From the NCBI GenBank assembly GCA_040755615.1, contig JBFMAL010000003.1, positions 8,507 to 72,506 on the forward strand: a stretch of DNA of 64,000 bases, written 5' to 3'. A program made the position numbers and the translations under genes. Below the pieces are notes generated by a model. The model did no database searches, had not been told where the DNA came from, and saw only the letters and a list, made by a program, of their open reading frames with translations. The stretch is from Bacillota bacterium (lineage in GTDB: Bacteria; Bacillota; Sulfobacillia; DUSP01; DYEP01). Shown piece after piece: positions 48,005-57,870 of this stretch; position 1 is the stretch's first letter, and every line of letters begins with the position of its first letter.

Positions 48005-48700
48005 TCAGTGCACAGGATGATTATCAGTTGTCCATTCTCCCCCTAATGCCTGAGGGCTCAGTCTGGGAAGGGACAACGCCCGGAACCCTTCCGCATAGGA
48101 TATCTGAGCGGGCCGTCCTCGGAGACGTGCATAGAGCCTTACCAGCAGGTCGTAGACAAGGACTGGTGCTCTCATCCGGCTTTTGTGAGCCAGTACAGCC
48201 CGTATCTTGTCGTGAATCACGGGGGTGATGTTCACAATAACTTTCGTGTCCCGGGTTCCGTAGAAGTATACCGAGGTACCCCGGCCTACCTCGCTGCGAG
48301 CCAGGTTCAGGACGGTTCTCCCGGTAGTGAGGTGATCCGGGTGAATCAGGTAAGGTTCGGGAAAACCAGGGGAAAGGCAAACACCACCTCCGGTCTGAGA
48401 GCATCCCATATCTCTCGCAGGCGTGGTTCGATTTCTCCGATGCGTGAAAGGCTCAAATCCCGAAATCCCAGCTGGTGGACCTTATGGTACCCCAGGATGT
48501 TTGCAGCGTGGCTTTCCTCGAGTCCACGTATTTCCCCCAGATTGCTCCGCCGGGTAATCTGCTGTTGGCGCCCGTCTGACAGTACTACCACCTCGATTTC
48601 ACTGCCTGCAAGTGCCGTCAACCTGAGAGGCCCGCCCGCGACCGCTTCGAGATCATCAGGGTGCGCCGTGACCGCCAGTACCCTCTTGCTTCCCCTGGTC
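48005..48700 (-). pseudogene. PIG-L / LmbE-family N-acetylglucosaminyl deacetylase, disrupted by at least 2 frameshifts
   Basis: …RVLAVTAHPDDLE… in one frame (no start codon in that frame; an ATG lies 1 nt out of frame). The C-terminal half …PEPYLIHPDHL… is in another frame; the frames meet around 48370-48400. Confidence 0.55.
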
Positions 48701-49196
48701 AGGTTCTGGCCTTCGAGCAGTGCCAGTTCGGCATTGGCCGGCCGAAAGTATCGCGTGAGTCACGTCCATCCCAGCCAGACGACGGCTGCAGGTGCAAGAG
48801 CAAGCAGGAACTTGAACGCAGTACCTCTGCGGTTCTCCAACCCATTTCCCTCCACGTACGAGTCTTGAGGCCTCAAACGAAATGAGTAGGTAGGCTTAGG
48901 CTCCCCCTCTTCACCGGGTCATTATTTTCCTGTCCCGCGCGGTAGCCCGAAAAGAGGCATAATGACTATACGCTGGAGGATTTCGCAACCACAATGTAGA
49001 ATTTATTGAAGTAAGACTGTTCATAATATTCTTCCAATATCTCTCAGAAGGTATCAGTGTGAGGTTTCTGATCAAGTGCAACAGGTGAATCAGTCTCATA
49101 AGATAAATGAACACCTCGACGAAAACAAAAGGTGAGGAGCGGGTCAAACGCGACCCCGCCTGAAACAGCAGTGATCGAAAAGAACAAAAGGAGAAG

Positions 49197-49889
49197 ATGG
49201 AATTGGCACAAATAACGTATACAGAGGTTTTCCTCAGACTTTTCCTGGCCGGCTTACTTGGCGGGTTTATCGGTATGGAACGGGAACGCCAGAGCCATCC
49301 GGCCGGTCTCCGGACGCACATTCTCGTGTCACTGGGCTCCGCCCTGATAATGATGGTCTCGTCTTTGGCCTTGCGTACACCGGACGGTACTACCCTTGGT
49401 GACCCAGGGCGCATTGCCGCCCAGGTGGTGTCCGGTATCGGCTTTCTGGGTGCCGGCACCATCATGAGACAAGGGAATACCATCCGTGGGCTCACCACCG
49501 CGGCGAGCCTCTGGGTAGTGGCCGGGATAGGGTTGGCATCAGGTGCAGGCTTTTACTTCGGGGCGGTGGCCACAACGCTCGTAGTCTGGTTGACCCTGAG
49601 CGTTCTCATCCGCATGGAGTTTTTGCAGAACGGGTCAGCTAAGAGAAAAAAGCGCATGACCATCAGGGCAAAGGACAGGATAGGACTCATCGGGGAGATA
49701 GGTTCCATCACAGGCAGGCTGGGCGTAAACATCCAGAGGATCGAACTGAAAGAGGATACGGACGTGGACGATCCGGAAGCACATGTTATCATCAATCTGG
49801 AGCTGGGATTGCCCCAGGAAGTAAAACAGGAGGAGCTGGTGGCCCACTTCAGGCAGGTCAGCGGCGTTGTGTCCATCTCTTCTTCATAA
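49197..49889 (+). CDS. mgtC: MgtC/SapB-family membrane protein
   Basis: …FLRLFLAGLLGGFIGMERE… MgtC signature, C-terminal ACT-like soluble domain. Confidence 0.8.
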   Translation: MELAQITYTEVFLRLFLAGLLGGFIGMERERQSHPAGLRTHILVSLGSALIMMVSSLALRTPDGTTLGDPGRIAAQVVSGIGFLGAGTIMRQGNTIRGLTTAASLWVVAGIGLASGAGFYFGAVATTLVVWLTLSVLIRMEFLQNGSAKRKKRMTIRAKDRIGLIGEIGSITGRLGVNIQRIELKEDTDVDDPEAHVIINLELGLPQEVKQEELVAHFRQVSGVVSISSS

Positions 49890-49993
49890 CTTCCCGAAGG
49901 GCAGGGTCAGTACCCTGCTCTTTTTCTAGTTTATTAGCGCTCAAGGCAAGAATGAATTCTTAACCTGTGTTTTAGCGTCATGGAGGGACTTTT

Positions 49994-50637
49994 GTGATCA
50001 CCACTGTCTTGTTTGACCTCGTTGGAACTCTGCTCGATCTAGATCCGGGTTTCGTTCCAAGGTACCTGGATTCGCTGGCAACCAGGATGGAGAAGTATAT
50101 CCCGAGGTCAGTATTGCTTTACCAGCTCGGGGCTTCCACCTGATACATGCTACATTGTATTAACGGACAGACCAACTCGATTTCTTTTCACGCCTGGGTC
50201 TAGATCCCGCTCTCGAAGACGTCTTCTACGATTTCTTCCAGAACGACTACCCCGCCCTGAAGGGTAGTTCGTGTCCCACAGAAGGAGCCAGAGAGGCCTA
50301 CACGGCTGCGCTGTCACGCGGCATGGACGTTATCATTGCATCCAACCCGGTGGTTCCGCTGGTTGCCATGGAAGAACGGCTTCGTTGGGCCAAGGTGGAT
50401 GACCTGCCGCGGCTTTTTGTTACATCGCTGGAGAACATGACAGCCTGCAAACCCCACACCCAGTATTACCGGGAAATCCTCGATTGGACCGGAAAGTCCG
50501 CCGGAGAGTGCCTCATGGTAGGCAACAATGGCATAGAAGATATCGTTGCATCATCCCTGGGCATAATGACCTTTCACGCGCAACTACAAATGCCCTTAGA
50601 TCGGACAGGTACAAACCAGACGACTCAGGCACTTTAA
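49994..50637 (+). pseudogene. HAD-superfamily hydrolase, frameshifted
   Basis: VITTVLFDLVGTLLDLDP… (HAD motif I DxxGT) stops after 50 codons. The C-terminal motifs (…MVGNNGIEDI…) continue in a different frame. Confidence 0.5.
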
Positions 50638-50690
50638 AGGATCTCACGAAGTTCCTTGAAGAGCTCAAGAGTTATAAACAAAACCGAGAC

Positions 50691-51347
50691 TTACCGGAGG
50701 TCCACCTCCACGTTTAAGGTGGAGGCTATCAGCCGCACCAACGCCTGTCCCAACATACTTTTTATGGTCTTTCTGTTGGACTTGATCTTGATGGGGAACG
50801 GTATGGCATTGCGTTCCACAAAATCGCTTCTCGCCTCCTCAAAATCGGGTTCGTGAAAATCCTGTTGTTCATAAGGACCGATAGCGATATACCCGTCAGG
50901 GAACATTTCGTCATCACCCAGTTTTGAAGCGAGCAAGGCGGTGGCGGCCCCCGAAATCAGGTGGTCAAACAGGCTGAGAGGGCCTGCCAGGCGTCTGGTA
51001 TTTATCCTGCGGCGCCCGAGCCTGGTGGCAGCCCCGTAAGCCCCCAGCCAGGCGACAGCACCTACACCTGCACCTTTAAGCGCAGCGGCGTCCCTCCCTG
51101 TAGTGGTCAGTGTATAGGTTATGGCTACACCAGTCAGGCCTGTCAGCATGGTGTCTCCCAGTGTCCCCAGGGTCTTCACTTCTCTGACAATCTGGGTTTC
51201 ACCATCAGAGATGACGGCAACTCTCTGTCCGTACCTGACGTCGGTAAGTCCACAGCGATATGCCATGGCATTTAGCAACCTGCCTGGCAGCGAACCAATG
51301 ACACCCGCAGTAATTCCGAGTAGGATGGGATCCCTGATTTTCCTCAT
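50691..51347 (-). CDS. Hypothetical protein
   Basis: 218-aa ORF with coding-like composition; no motif recognised. Confidence 0.35.
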   Translation of the reverse strand: MRKIRDPILLGITAGVIGSLPGRLLNAMAYRCGLTDVRYGQRVAVISDGETQIVREVKTLGTLGDTMLTGLTGVAITYTLTTTGRDAAALKGAGVGAVAWLGAYGAATRLGRRRINTRRLAGPLSLFDHLISGAATALLASKLGDDEMFPDGYIAIGPYEQQDFHEPDFEEARSDFVERNAIPFPIKIKSNRKTIKSMLGQALVRLIASTLNVEVDLR

Positions 51348-51533
51348 AGTCAGATGCTCCTTACGCTAGTATTACTATTGTTAGATTTCCCCGGATTCAT
51401 TATGTGCAAAAAGCGGTGAATATAGCGAAGCAGCCCAAAAGGGGAGAAAGTTCTTTGTAGGAAAGGTAGACACCCCGCCCCAGGGTGGAAGTCAGGCAGG
51501 GTGTCTACCGGTTCATGATGGTGGTTTAAACTT

Positions 51534-52046
51534 CTATTCCGTGGTCGTTACAGGCCAGAGCCTTATCGGCGGCTCATATAGTGAACCCAGTGCCGCTGCC
51601 ACGCCCACTTTGGATTGCACGTCGCTTTGATCGAGCAGGTCTATGACAACCAGGTGTTGAAGTCCTTCCAGGGCGGCCAGGCGTGCTTTTGCTGAAACCA
51701 GAATGGCTTCGGCCAATGAATCCGCCAGGGACTCAAGTGCGGCTGTCTTGCGGGTGACCATGACACCGAGGTGTAACGGTGTGCCCGGAATTGCCTCACA
51801 CCGGTTCTCAAAGAACAGAAACGCCTCTTTCACTGTATCATTCAGTGCGATCAACACCTGTACGCTTTCCTTTGCCAGCGCGTACCTGAAGTACAGGTAT
51901 GCCTCTACGTTGCCGCTGTCAATCTCCGTGAAGGTCCGGTTGGGAACTCCGAGTTCCGCCTTTGTCGCCGCATACTCTGCTGCCCGGTTGACCATGGAAC
52001 TTGCGTCTATTCTCTCCAACACTCGACTCATCTCAGACATCGCCAT
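51534..52046 (-). CDS. Hypothetical protein
   Basis: 170-aa ORF immediately upstream of gdh, same strand; no motif recognised. Confidence 0.35.
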   Translation of the reverse strand: MAMSEMSRVLERIDASSMVNRAAEYAATKAELGVPNRTFTEIDSGNVEAYLYFRYALAKESVQVLIALNDTVKEAFLFFENRCEAIPGTPLHLGVMVTRKTAALESLADSLAEAILVSAKARLAALEGLQHLVVIDLLDQSDVQSKVGVAAALGSLYEPPIRLWPVTTTE

Positions 52047-52069
52047 GCTTTCTAAAACCCCCTATCGAC

Positions 52070-53362
52070 CTAAATACCGTTTCTCAGCCGGAGGACTTCC
52101 GCTACGCGACGAATCGCAACCACGTACGCGGCTTTCCGGAGGTTAGTCCCCAGTATCTTTGCCAGTCCCCACACCTCGTTCAGTGCACCCACCAGCATCT
52201 GGTCAAGCCGCTTGATAACCTCGTTAAAATCCCAGGAGTAGCCTTGCAGGTTCTGCACCCATTCGAAGTAAGATACTACCACACCGCCTGCGTTAGCCAG
52301 GATGTCGGGTATAACCACGGTACCCTTACCGGCAAGGGCTGCGTCTGCCTCAGGTACAACAGGCCCATTGGCTCCCTCAACCACGAGTCTTGCTTTCATG
52401 CCGCGCACAACTCTCTCTGTTATCTGGTTCTCCAAGGCTGCTGGAATCAAAACGTCCACATCCAGTGCGAACAGGTCTTCATTGGTAATGTCTTCAACGC
52501 CTGGGCCTGAGTAGTTCCCCAGGACGTTTTCCCGGGAGCTGTTCACGAATTCGAGGACTTCGTCGAGGTCCAGACCGTCGGCCTTGAATTTGCCTCCAGT
52601 TACGTCACAGATCCCCACTATCCGGCATCCTGCTTTTGCAAGCCTCCTGGCCGCCCAGCTTCCCACCTTACCGAATCCCTGGATCGCCACGGTAGTCTGC
52701 TTGGGGTCCTTCCCCAGAGCCTTCAGCGCTTCCAGGGTCACACATCCCACACCATAACCGGTGGATTCCCTTCTGCCGACAGAACCGCCGAGGCCCACCG
52801 GCTTACCGGTGACAATAGGGGCCATATTCTGCCTGTTCAGGATACTAGCCTCGTCCACCATCCACGCCATCATGCGCTCGTCAGTGTTAACGTCAGGTGC
52901 GGGTATATCCAGGCGAGGACCCAAGTTAGGCATGAGCATCCTGACATACCGCCTGGTCACTGCCTCCAGTTCATCAGGGGTCATAACGCCCGGGTCACAA
53001 GAGATCCCCCCCTTGGCACCTCCGTACGGTATGTTCAGGAGTGAACACTTCCATGTCATGAGCGCCGCCAGAGCGGAGACTTCTTCCAGATCCACTTCGG
53101 GGTGGTAACGTATACCTCCCTTGTATGGGCCCCTGACGCTTGAATGCTGCACGCGGTAACCTTTCAGCAGTTGGACGATTCCGTTTATCTTCGCCGGGAT
53201 GTTGACTATCAATACTCGTTCAGGGCTCATCAAAATGTGCCTGTAGCCGTTGTCGAGGTTCAGTTCTTCTGCTGCATCGTTAAAGTACATTTTTACGTTG
53301 TCCAGTAGAGTGGCAGCACACATCCCACCTGAACCCTCCTTGAGCACATCTGTCGGCTCCAT
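52070..53362 (-). CDS. gdhA: Glutamate dehydrogenase (Glu/Leu/Phe/Val dehydrogenase family)
   Basis: …GGAKGG… catalytic Lys region, …AIQGFGKVG… Rossmann motif. Confidence 0.85.
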   Translation of the reverse strand: MEPTDVLKEGSGGMCAATLLDNVKMYFNDAAEELNLDNGYRHILMSPERVLIVNIPAKINGIVQLLKGYRVQHSSVRGPYKGGIRYHPEVDLEEVSALAALMTWKCSLLNIPYGGAKGGISCDPGVMTPDELEAVTRRYVRMLMPNLGPRLDIPAPDVNTDERMMAWMVDEASILNRQNMAPIVTGKPVGLGGSVGRRESTGYGVGCVTLEALKALGKDPKQTTVAIQGFGKVGSWAARRLAKAGCRIVGICDVTGGKFKADGLDLDEVLEFVNSSRENVLGNYSGPGVEDITNEDLFALDVDVLIPAALENQITERVVRGMKARLVVEGANGPVVPEADAALAGKGTVVIPDILANAGGVVVSYFEWVQNLQGYSWDFNEVIKRLDQMLVGALNEVWGLAKILGTNLRKAAYVVAIRRVAEVLRLRNGI

Positions 53363-53614
53363 TTTAGTCGAGCGAGCATAAAGAACACATAAGAGGGTAT
53401 ATGCGAGGCATAAGAATTTCGTAATTATCAGTCACGGGATACAACTGAAGTAACTCGGGCGGGTGGTGCGCAAAAAGGCTGTTCATTGGAAGGAAAGGTC
53501 ATTGTCGGCCATAAAGAGTGCGGCAAAATGCCGTGCAGGTGACGAAGAAGAAATACATCCTGCCACCTCTTTTGGGTATTCGTTGTTCTAGTACACTGAA
53601 ATTGGAGGCTGTCT

Positions 53615-54313
53615 CTATTCGTCGCTCATGTAGTATCCTATCCCCGGTTTGGATAGGATGTACCTTGGCTTGGCGGGGTCGGGTTCCAGCTTCTTGCGAA
53701 GGTTGGAGATGTAGTTCCTCAGGTACTGGTACTCATCCCTGTACTCAATACCCCAGACCCTGGTCAGAAGTTCCTCGTGCAGTAACACCTTCCCGGCGTT
53801 CGTGGCAAGCTGTTGCAGCACATTATATTCCGTTGGGGTCAGGTGGACTTCATGGTCTGCAATGTACACGCGCCGGCGTAGGTAGTCGATCTTCAACTCA
53901 CCCACACTGAACGTCGTGGATCCTTCAGGGGATCTCGCGGCAGAGCTTCTGTTTAAGATGGCTTTCACCCGGGCGCGGAGCTCGGGATAGCTGAAAGGCT
54001 TGGTGACGTAGTCGTCCGCCCCGCACTCAAACCCTTCCAGTTTCTCCGACTCCCGGGACCGGCCCGTTAACATAATTACGGGCACACCGGAGAAGCTTCT
54101 CAGGGTCCTGCAGACCCCGTAACCGTCCAGAGAACCTGGGAGCATGATATCCAGTATGACAAGATCGGGCATCTCATCGCGTACGAGTTCAAGTGCTGAT
54201 CTTCCCTCTCCAGCCATGATAACATGATATCCATCAGCTTCAAGACTCATCTTCAAGAGCCTCATCAGTTTCGGTTCGTCTTCAACCACAAGTATTTTGG
54301 CGTTAGCTGGCAT
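53615..54313 (-). CDS. OmpR-family response regulator, KdpE-like
   Basis: …ILVVEDEPKL…, …DLVILDIMLPG…, winged-helix C-terminus. Confidence 0.8.
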   Translation of the reverse strand: MPANAKILVVEDEPKLMRLLKMSLEADGYHVIMAGEGRSALELVRDEMPDLVILDIMLPGSLDGYGVCRTLRSFSGVPVIMLTGRSRESEKLEGFECGADDYVTKPFSYPELRARVKAILNRSSAARSPEGSTTFSVGELKIDYLRRRVYIADHEVHLTPTEYNVLQQLATNAGKVLLHEELLTRVWGIEYRDEYQYLRNYISNLRKKLEPDPAKPRYILSKPGIGYYMSDE

Positions 54314-55631
54314 TGTTATCCGCCTCCGTATCAGCCAGATCACAGTCAGGGGGAGGCAGCCTGAAGTAGAACGTGGTGCCCTTCCCCACTGTGCTTTCAG
54401 CCCAGATGTTCCCCCCGTGTGCCTCTATGATCCGCCGCGCAATGGGTAGACCGAGGCCTGTACCGCTTACGTGCTTGGATTCCTCGTTTCTGATCCTGTA
54501 AAACCTGTCAAACAGGCGGTTTAGGTGTTCAGGGGCGATTCCGTATCCTTGATCTGCCACCGAGATGAGGATATCGCCTCTGGAAGGCCTTGCCCGGATA
54601 ACGACTAGGCTTCCTTCAGGCGAGTACTTGACCGCATTGTCTATCAGGTTCCTGAACACCTGTTCAAGCCTTACGGGGTCCGCCCACACCTCTCTCGCAT
54701 TAGGCGGGAAATCCAATAGGAAACGGTGTTCCCGGGCGAGGAACGACCGGTCTCGGAGAACCTTTTTCAGTAGAGCAGGTATGAGCACAGGTTCTTTGTG
54801 TACCTTAAAGGCCTCGTCTTCCGTGGTACAGTCGAGTAAGCTGGCTATCAACCTTTCTATGTGGTCACATTCTTCCAGGATGATACGGAAAAACTCCTGG
54901 CGCTGCTTTACATCCAGTTCGTGCTCCTGGCTCATAAGCAGCGTCGCATAGCCCTTGATGCACGCCAGGGGGGTCCGCAGGTCGTGGGATAAGGTACTCA
55001 GGACATCGGTCAGCACCCTCTCTTCCCTCATCTCCCTGAGGAGTTCTTGGATCTTAACGCGCCGTGAAACCAGCCGGGAGAGTTCCTTCAGAACCGACAC
55101 CATCTTCTCAGCGTCCTGGTTAGCCGAGGATGCCATCTTCACCATCAGGCGGCCAAGGTCACCTCCCAGGCAAAGAGGAATAACAACAAACGTGTCAGAA
55201 CCACTCAGTACCAGGAAGGGGCGATCACGCATTGGTTCGGGGACAATCACAGCATCCCAGTTGACGGGTGGCCCGAAGGTTGATTCAATGGAGTCATTGT
55301 TACCATTTTGTACCCTGATACTGAGCGATTCAACGTACGGATACCCGCATACCACTCTTGAGAATGAATCGAAGGCCTTCGTGATATCGGGTTCCATGAG
55401 CGCAATAGCTGCATTGAGTAACAGGTTACTGTACGTGTTATTCACTGAAGAACCCCTTTCGGTGTCGTTGCTCCTTTCACTTACCGAAACAGACGTTACT
55501 TTACACATAGACCGATCCTTTTTGCCTGTATCGTTATTAGACAAAGAGGGCCTATCGTCCTTGTGGTACTTAGTGGTGTTCGGTTCTTGCCACGACACAG
55601 TATACCATTGTTGCCCCGGAACCGGCTGCAC
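54303..55631 (-). CDS. Sensor histidine kinase resembling the KdpD C-terminal GAF-HisKA-HATPase module. Lacks the KdpD N-terminal and TM sensor region; start may be internal at about 55508.
   Basis: H-box …LSHDLRTPLACIKGYATLL…, then N, G1 and G2 boxes (…NLIDNAVKYS…, …DQGYGI…, …GTGLGL…). Confidence 0.7.
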   Translation of the reverse strand: MQPVPGQQWYTVSWQEPNTTKYHKDDRPSLSNNDTGKKDRSMCKVTSVSVSERSNDTERGSSVNNTYSNLLLNAAIALMEPDITKAFDSFSRVVCGYPYVESLSIRVQNGNNDSIESTFGPPVNWDAVIVPEPMRDRPFLVLSGSDTFVVIPLCLGGDLGRLMVKMASSANQDAEKMVSVLKELSRLVSRRVKIQELLREMREERVLTDVLSTLSHDLRTPLACIKGYATLLMSQEHELDVKQRQEFFRIILEECDHIERLIASLLDCTTEDEAFKVHKEPVLIPALLKKVLRDRSFLAREHRFLLDFPPNAREVWADPVRLEQVFRNLIDNAVKYSPEGSLVVIRARPSRGDILISVADQGYGIAPEHLNRLFDRFYRIRNEESKHVSGTGLGLPIARRIIEAHGGNIWAESTVGKGTTFYFRLPPPDCDLADTEADNNAS

Positions 55632-56223
55632 GTGGTTTCAAGTGCATCACATCCACTTTGAGCACCTACCGTCACTGTTACCCGTGTATGGTAACAGTGA
55701 TAACGGGCAAAAGATTGTTGAAAGAAGGCCGGGCAGTGTGGGTAAACAAGTCGAAAGACATGTAATGGTTTTAAATAAAGTGTCCCGTATGTAGGGATAC
55801 ACGTTGGTGGACAGCGTGGCTGCGTGACGTGGTTCATGCGTCCTCAAGCATAATGCATGACTTTGCATCTCATAGTTCACTGCAAGCCATTTCTTGGCAA
55901 TAGATTCCTTGGATCAAAAAGGAAACCCGCTGGACGGCTCTAAATAATCCAAGGAATAAGTGAGGTCCCGGCGCCCACACCTGACCAGGACGTAAGTGGT
56001 GACATTAGTGGGAAAGCCCCGGAGCCACAAAGCCGGGACGATGGCCCCCACCACGGTAAAGGCTTCACCGTGAAACCGCGATCCGATAAATGCGGAAAAG
56101 TCGCATCGGTATCCCAGTGAAGGAGCAGATATCCGGCCAGCTTTTACCTGAAATAGTCCAAAGGATAGGCGCAAGGCTTGTCCGGAATCATCTCAGGATC
56201 CCTGCCGGTGCCCGCACTAAGGT

Positions 56224-56541
56224 TCAGCCCACATCAAACTCCGCGCCGTCCGCAGCTACCGGAAACTCGACCTCTTCCAGCCGCGCGAGAGTCTCCGGGC
56301 CCAGGTGAGTGAGGACTATCTTTGAGGCTCCGAGGCGCTCCTTTCTGGCCGTCAGGACGGCATGGCTGAGGTGGTTTTTCAGTTCCCGATCAATAGTATA
56401 CGCGTCGGCGATCAGGAGATCCGCCCTCCAGGAAGCCTCGATCAAGGTGTCGGTCCAGGCGGTATCGCCCGTATAAGCGATTACCTTGCCCTCCACCGTC
56501 ACCCGCAGGGCGAGTGCGGGAGCGCAGCCGGGATGGTGCAC
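56224..56541 (-). pseudogene. MBL-fold metallo-hydrolase, C-terminal fragment only
   Basis: …GKVIAYTGDTAWTD… and …VLTHLGPE…. The N-terminal half is replaced by the IS66 fragment. Confidence 0.45.
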
Positions 56542-56559
56542 CTCGAAGGGGGTGACGGT

Positions 56560-56863
56560 CAGGGTTGTCCACCATTTTCAGCGTGTGGCCGGGATGCCCT
56601 TTTTGCCCGCCGCTTTTCTTGCCGCTCTTTTCCCTGAGGCTCTTGGTTTTCCTCTTGAAGCCGTCGCTGGAAGGGGGCTTGCTGCTGTTCCTGCTGTTCT
56701 GGTTTAGCTGATTTTCTAGTTGCTTGACCCTTGCCTCAAGGATGGTAATCTGCAGGGCCTGCTGCTGGTAAATGCGCTCAAAGTTTGCGATCAGGCCCTT
56801 CACCAGGGCGACTACTGCCTCGGGTCCCTCATTGTAAACGGCCAGGATTTCCTCCCGTGTCAC
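56560..56863 (-). mobile_element. IS66-family transposase, N-terminal fragment
   Basis: MTREEILAVYNEGPEAVVALVKGL…ILEARVKQLENQL…SSKPPSSDGFKRKTKSL…KSGGQKGHPGHTLKMVDNPD, the hallmark IS66 TnpC N-terminus. It then loses similarity; no DDE domain. Confidence 0.65.
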
Positions 56864-56879
56864 CAGAGATCACCCCCAG

Positions 56880-57655
56880 GCAGGCGTTTTGCCAGAGGAA
56901 GCAGGTACACGGCCTTGACAGGAACCTCAAGATTGTGACAGCGGTCGTTGCGGCTGCGGCCCTTGGTCAGGCCGATGTAGCAGTGCCATGAGCCTCCGGC
57001 GTGCGCCTGGGCTCAAGCGGTACGAAACGGCCTGGACATGGCTTCATAAGCTGCGCCGAGCCATGGTCAAGCCGGGCAGGGATCGTTTGAGCGGCATAAT
57101 CGAGGTGGACGAAACATTCATTGGGGGAGAAGAACCGGGCGTTCGTGGGCGCCAAACGGAGACCAAGGCACTGGTCGTGGTCCCAGGCGAAGTTGATGGC
57201 CGCGGCATAGGTCGAATTCGGATGCAACGCGTTCCAGATGCATCAGCAACAAGTCTTTTGGCTTTCGTAGAGGACGTAGTTGAACGGGGTAGCACTGTCG
57301 TCACAGACGGGTGGGGCGGCTACGCTGAACTCTCCAACCTCGGCTACACCCATGAAGCTAAAGTGCTCCGGGGAAGGGGAAATCGGCTGCGGCCGAACTG
57401 CTGCCACGAGTCCACCGGGCTGTTTCTAATCTCCAGCGGTGGCTATTGGGAACTCACCAGGCAGCTGTTGCACCAAGGCACTTGGATTTCTATCTTGATG
57501 AATTCAACTTTCACTTCAATCGAAGGAAGTCCAGGAGCCGTGGAAAGCTGTTCTACCGCTTACTCCAACAAGCCGTTCAGGTGGATCCGACACCATACCG
57601 GAAACTCATATGGGGTGCCGATGCCGAACCCAAAATTCCCAGTCGTTACCCCTAG
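56880..57655 (+). mobile_element. IS1595-family transposase pseudogene (N-terminal Zn-ribbon lost, frameshift near 57420)
   Basis: …YETAWTWLHKLRRAM…IIEVDETFIGG…VVTDGWGGY… (DDE region). The C-terminal …HLDFYLDEFNFHFNRRKSRSRGKLFYRLL… is in another frame. Confidence 0.6.
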
Positions 57656-57762
57656 ATAGATTCTTCTGAAGAAAGCAGTTTGCCGACTACTCCTCGGCAA
57701 TTGACCCTTGACAATTTGATCATGGTTTGACGTTGCTACCTGGCTTTAGATCAATTTGGCCA

Positions 57763-57864
57763 ATGGCCCCGCCTATCCAACAACGACAACCGGCCAGTCC
57801 CCGGTACAGCGTCCGGTTGAGTCCATATCTCCTTTTCAACGCCCTGAACGAATTAGCGAAGTAG
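57763..57864 (+). pseudogene. Possible truncated RHH-type antitoxin stub upstream of doc
   Basis: MAPPIQQRQPASPRYSVRLSPYLLFNALNELAK* resembles the beta-strand/helix-1 start of CopG/RHH antitoxins (…SVRLxxELYxxLxxLAK…) but stops after 33 aa, 6 nt before the doc ATG. Confidence 0.25.
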
Positions 57865-57870
57865 GGATTT

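Noticed and set aside
48185-48868. Plus-strand 227-aa ORF
   Set aside because: Ser/Arg/Pro-rich. It lies antisense to the PIG-L deacetylase pseudogene, whose motifs (AHPDD, HPDH) are clearly on the other strand.
48869-49196. Confident call of an M-box riboswitch upstream of mgtC
   Set aside because: Only two short, mis-ordered matches to the M-box core were found. It is kept as a low-interest finding but not annotated as an ncRNA feature.
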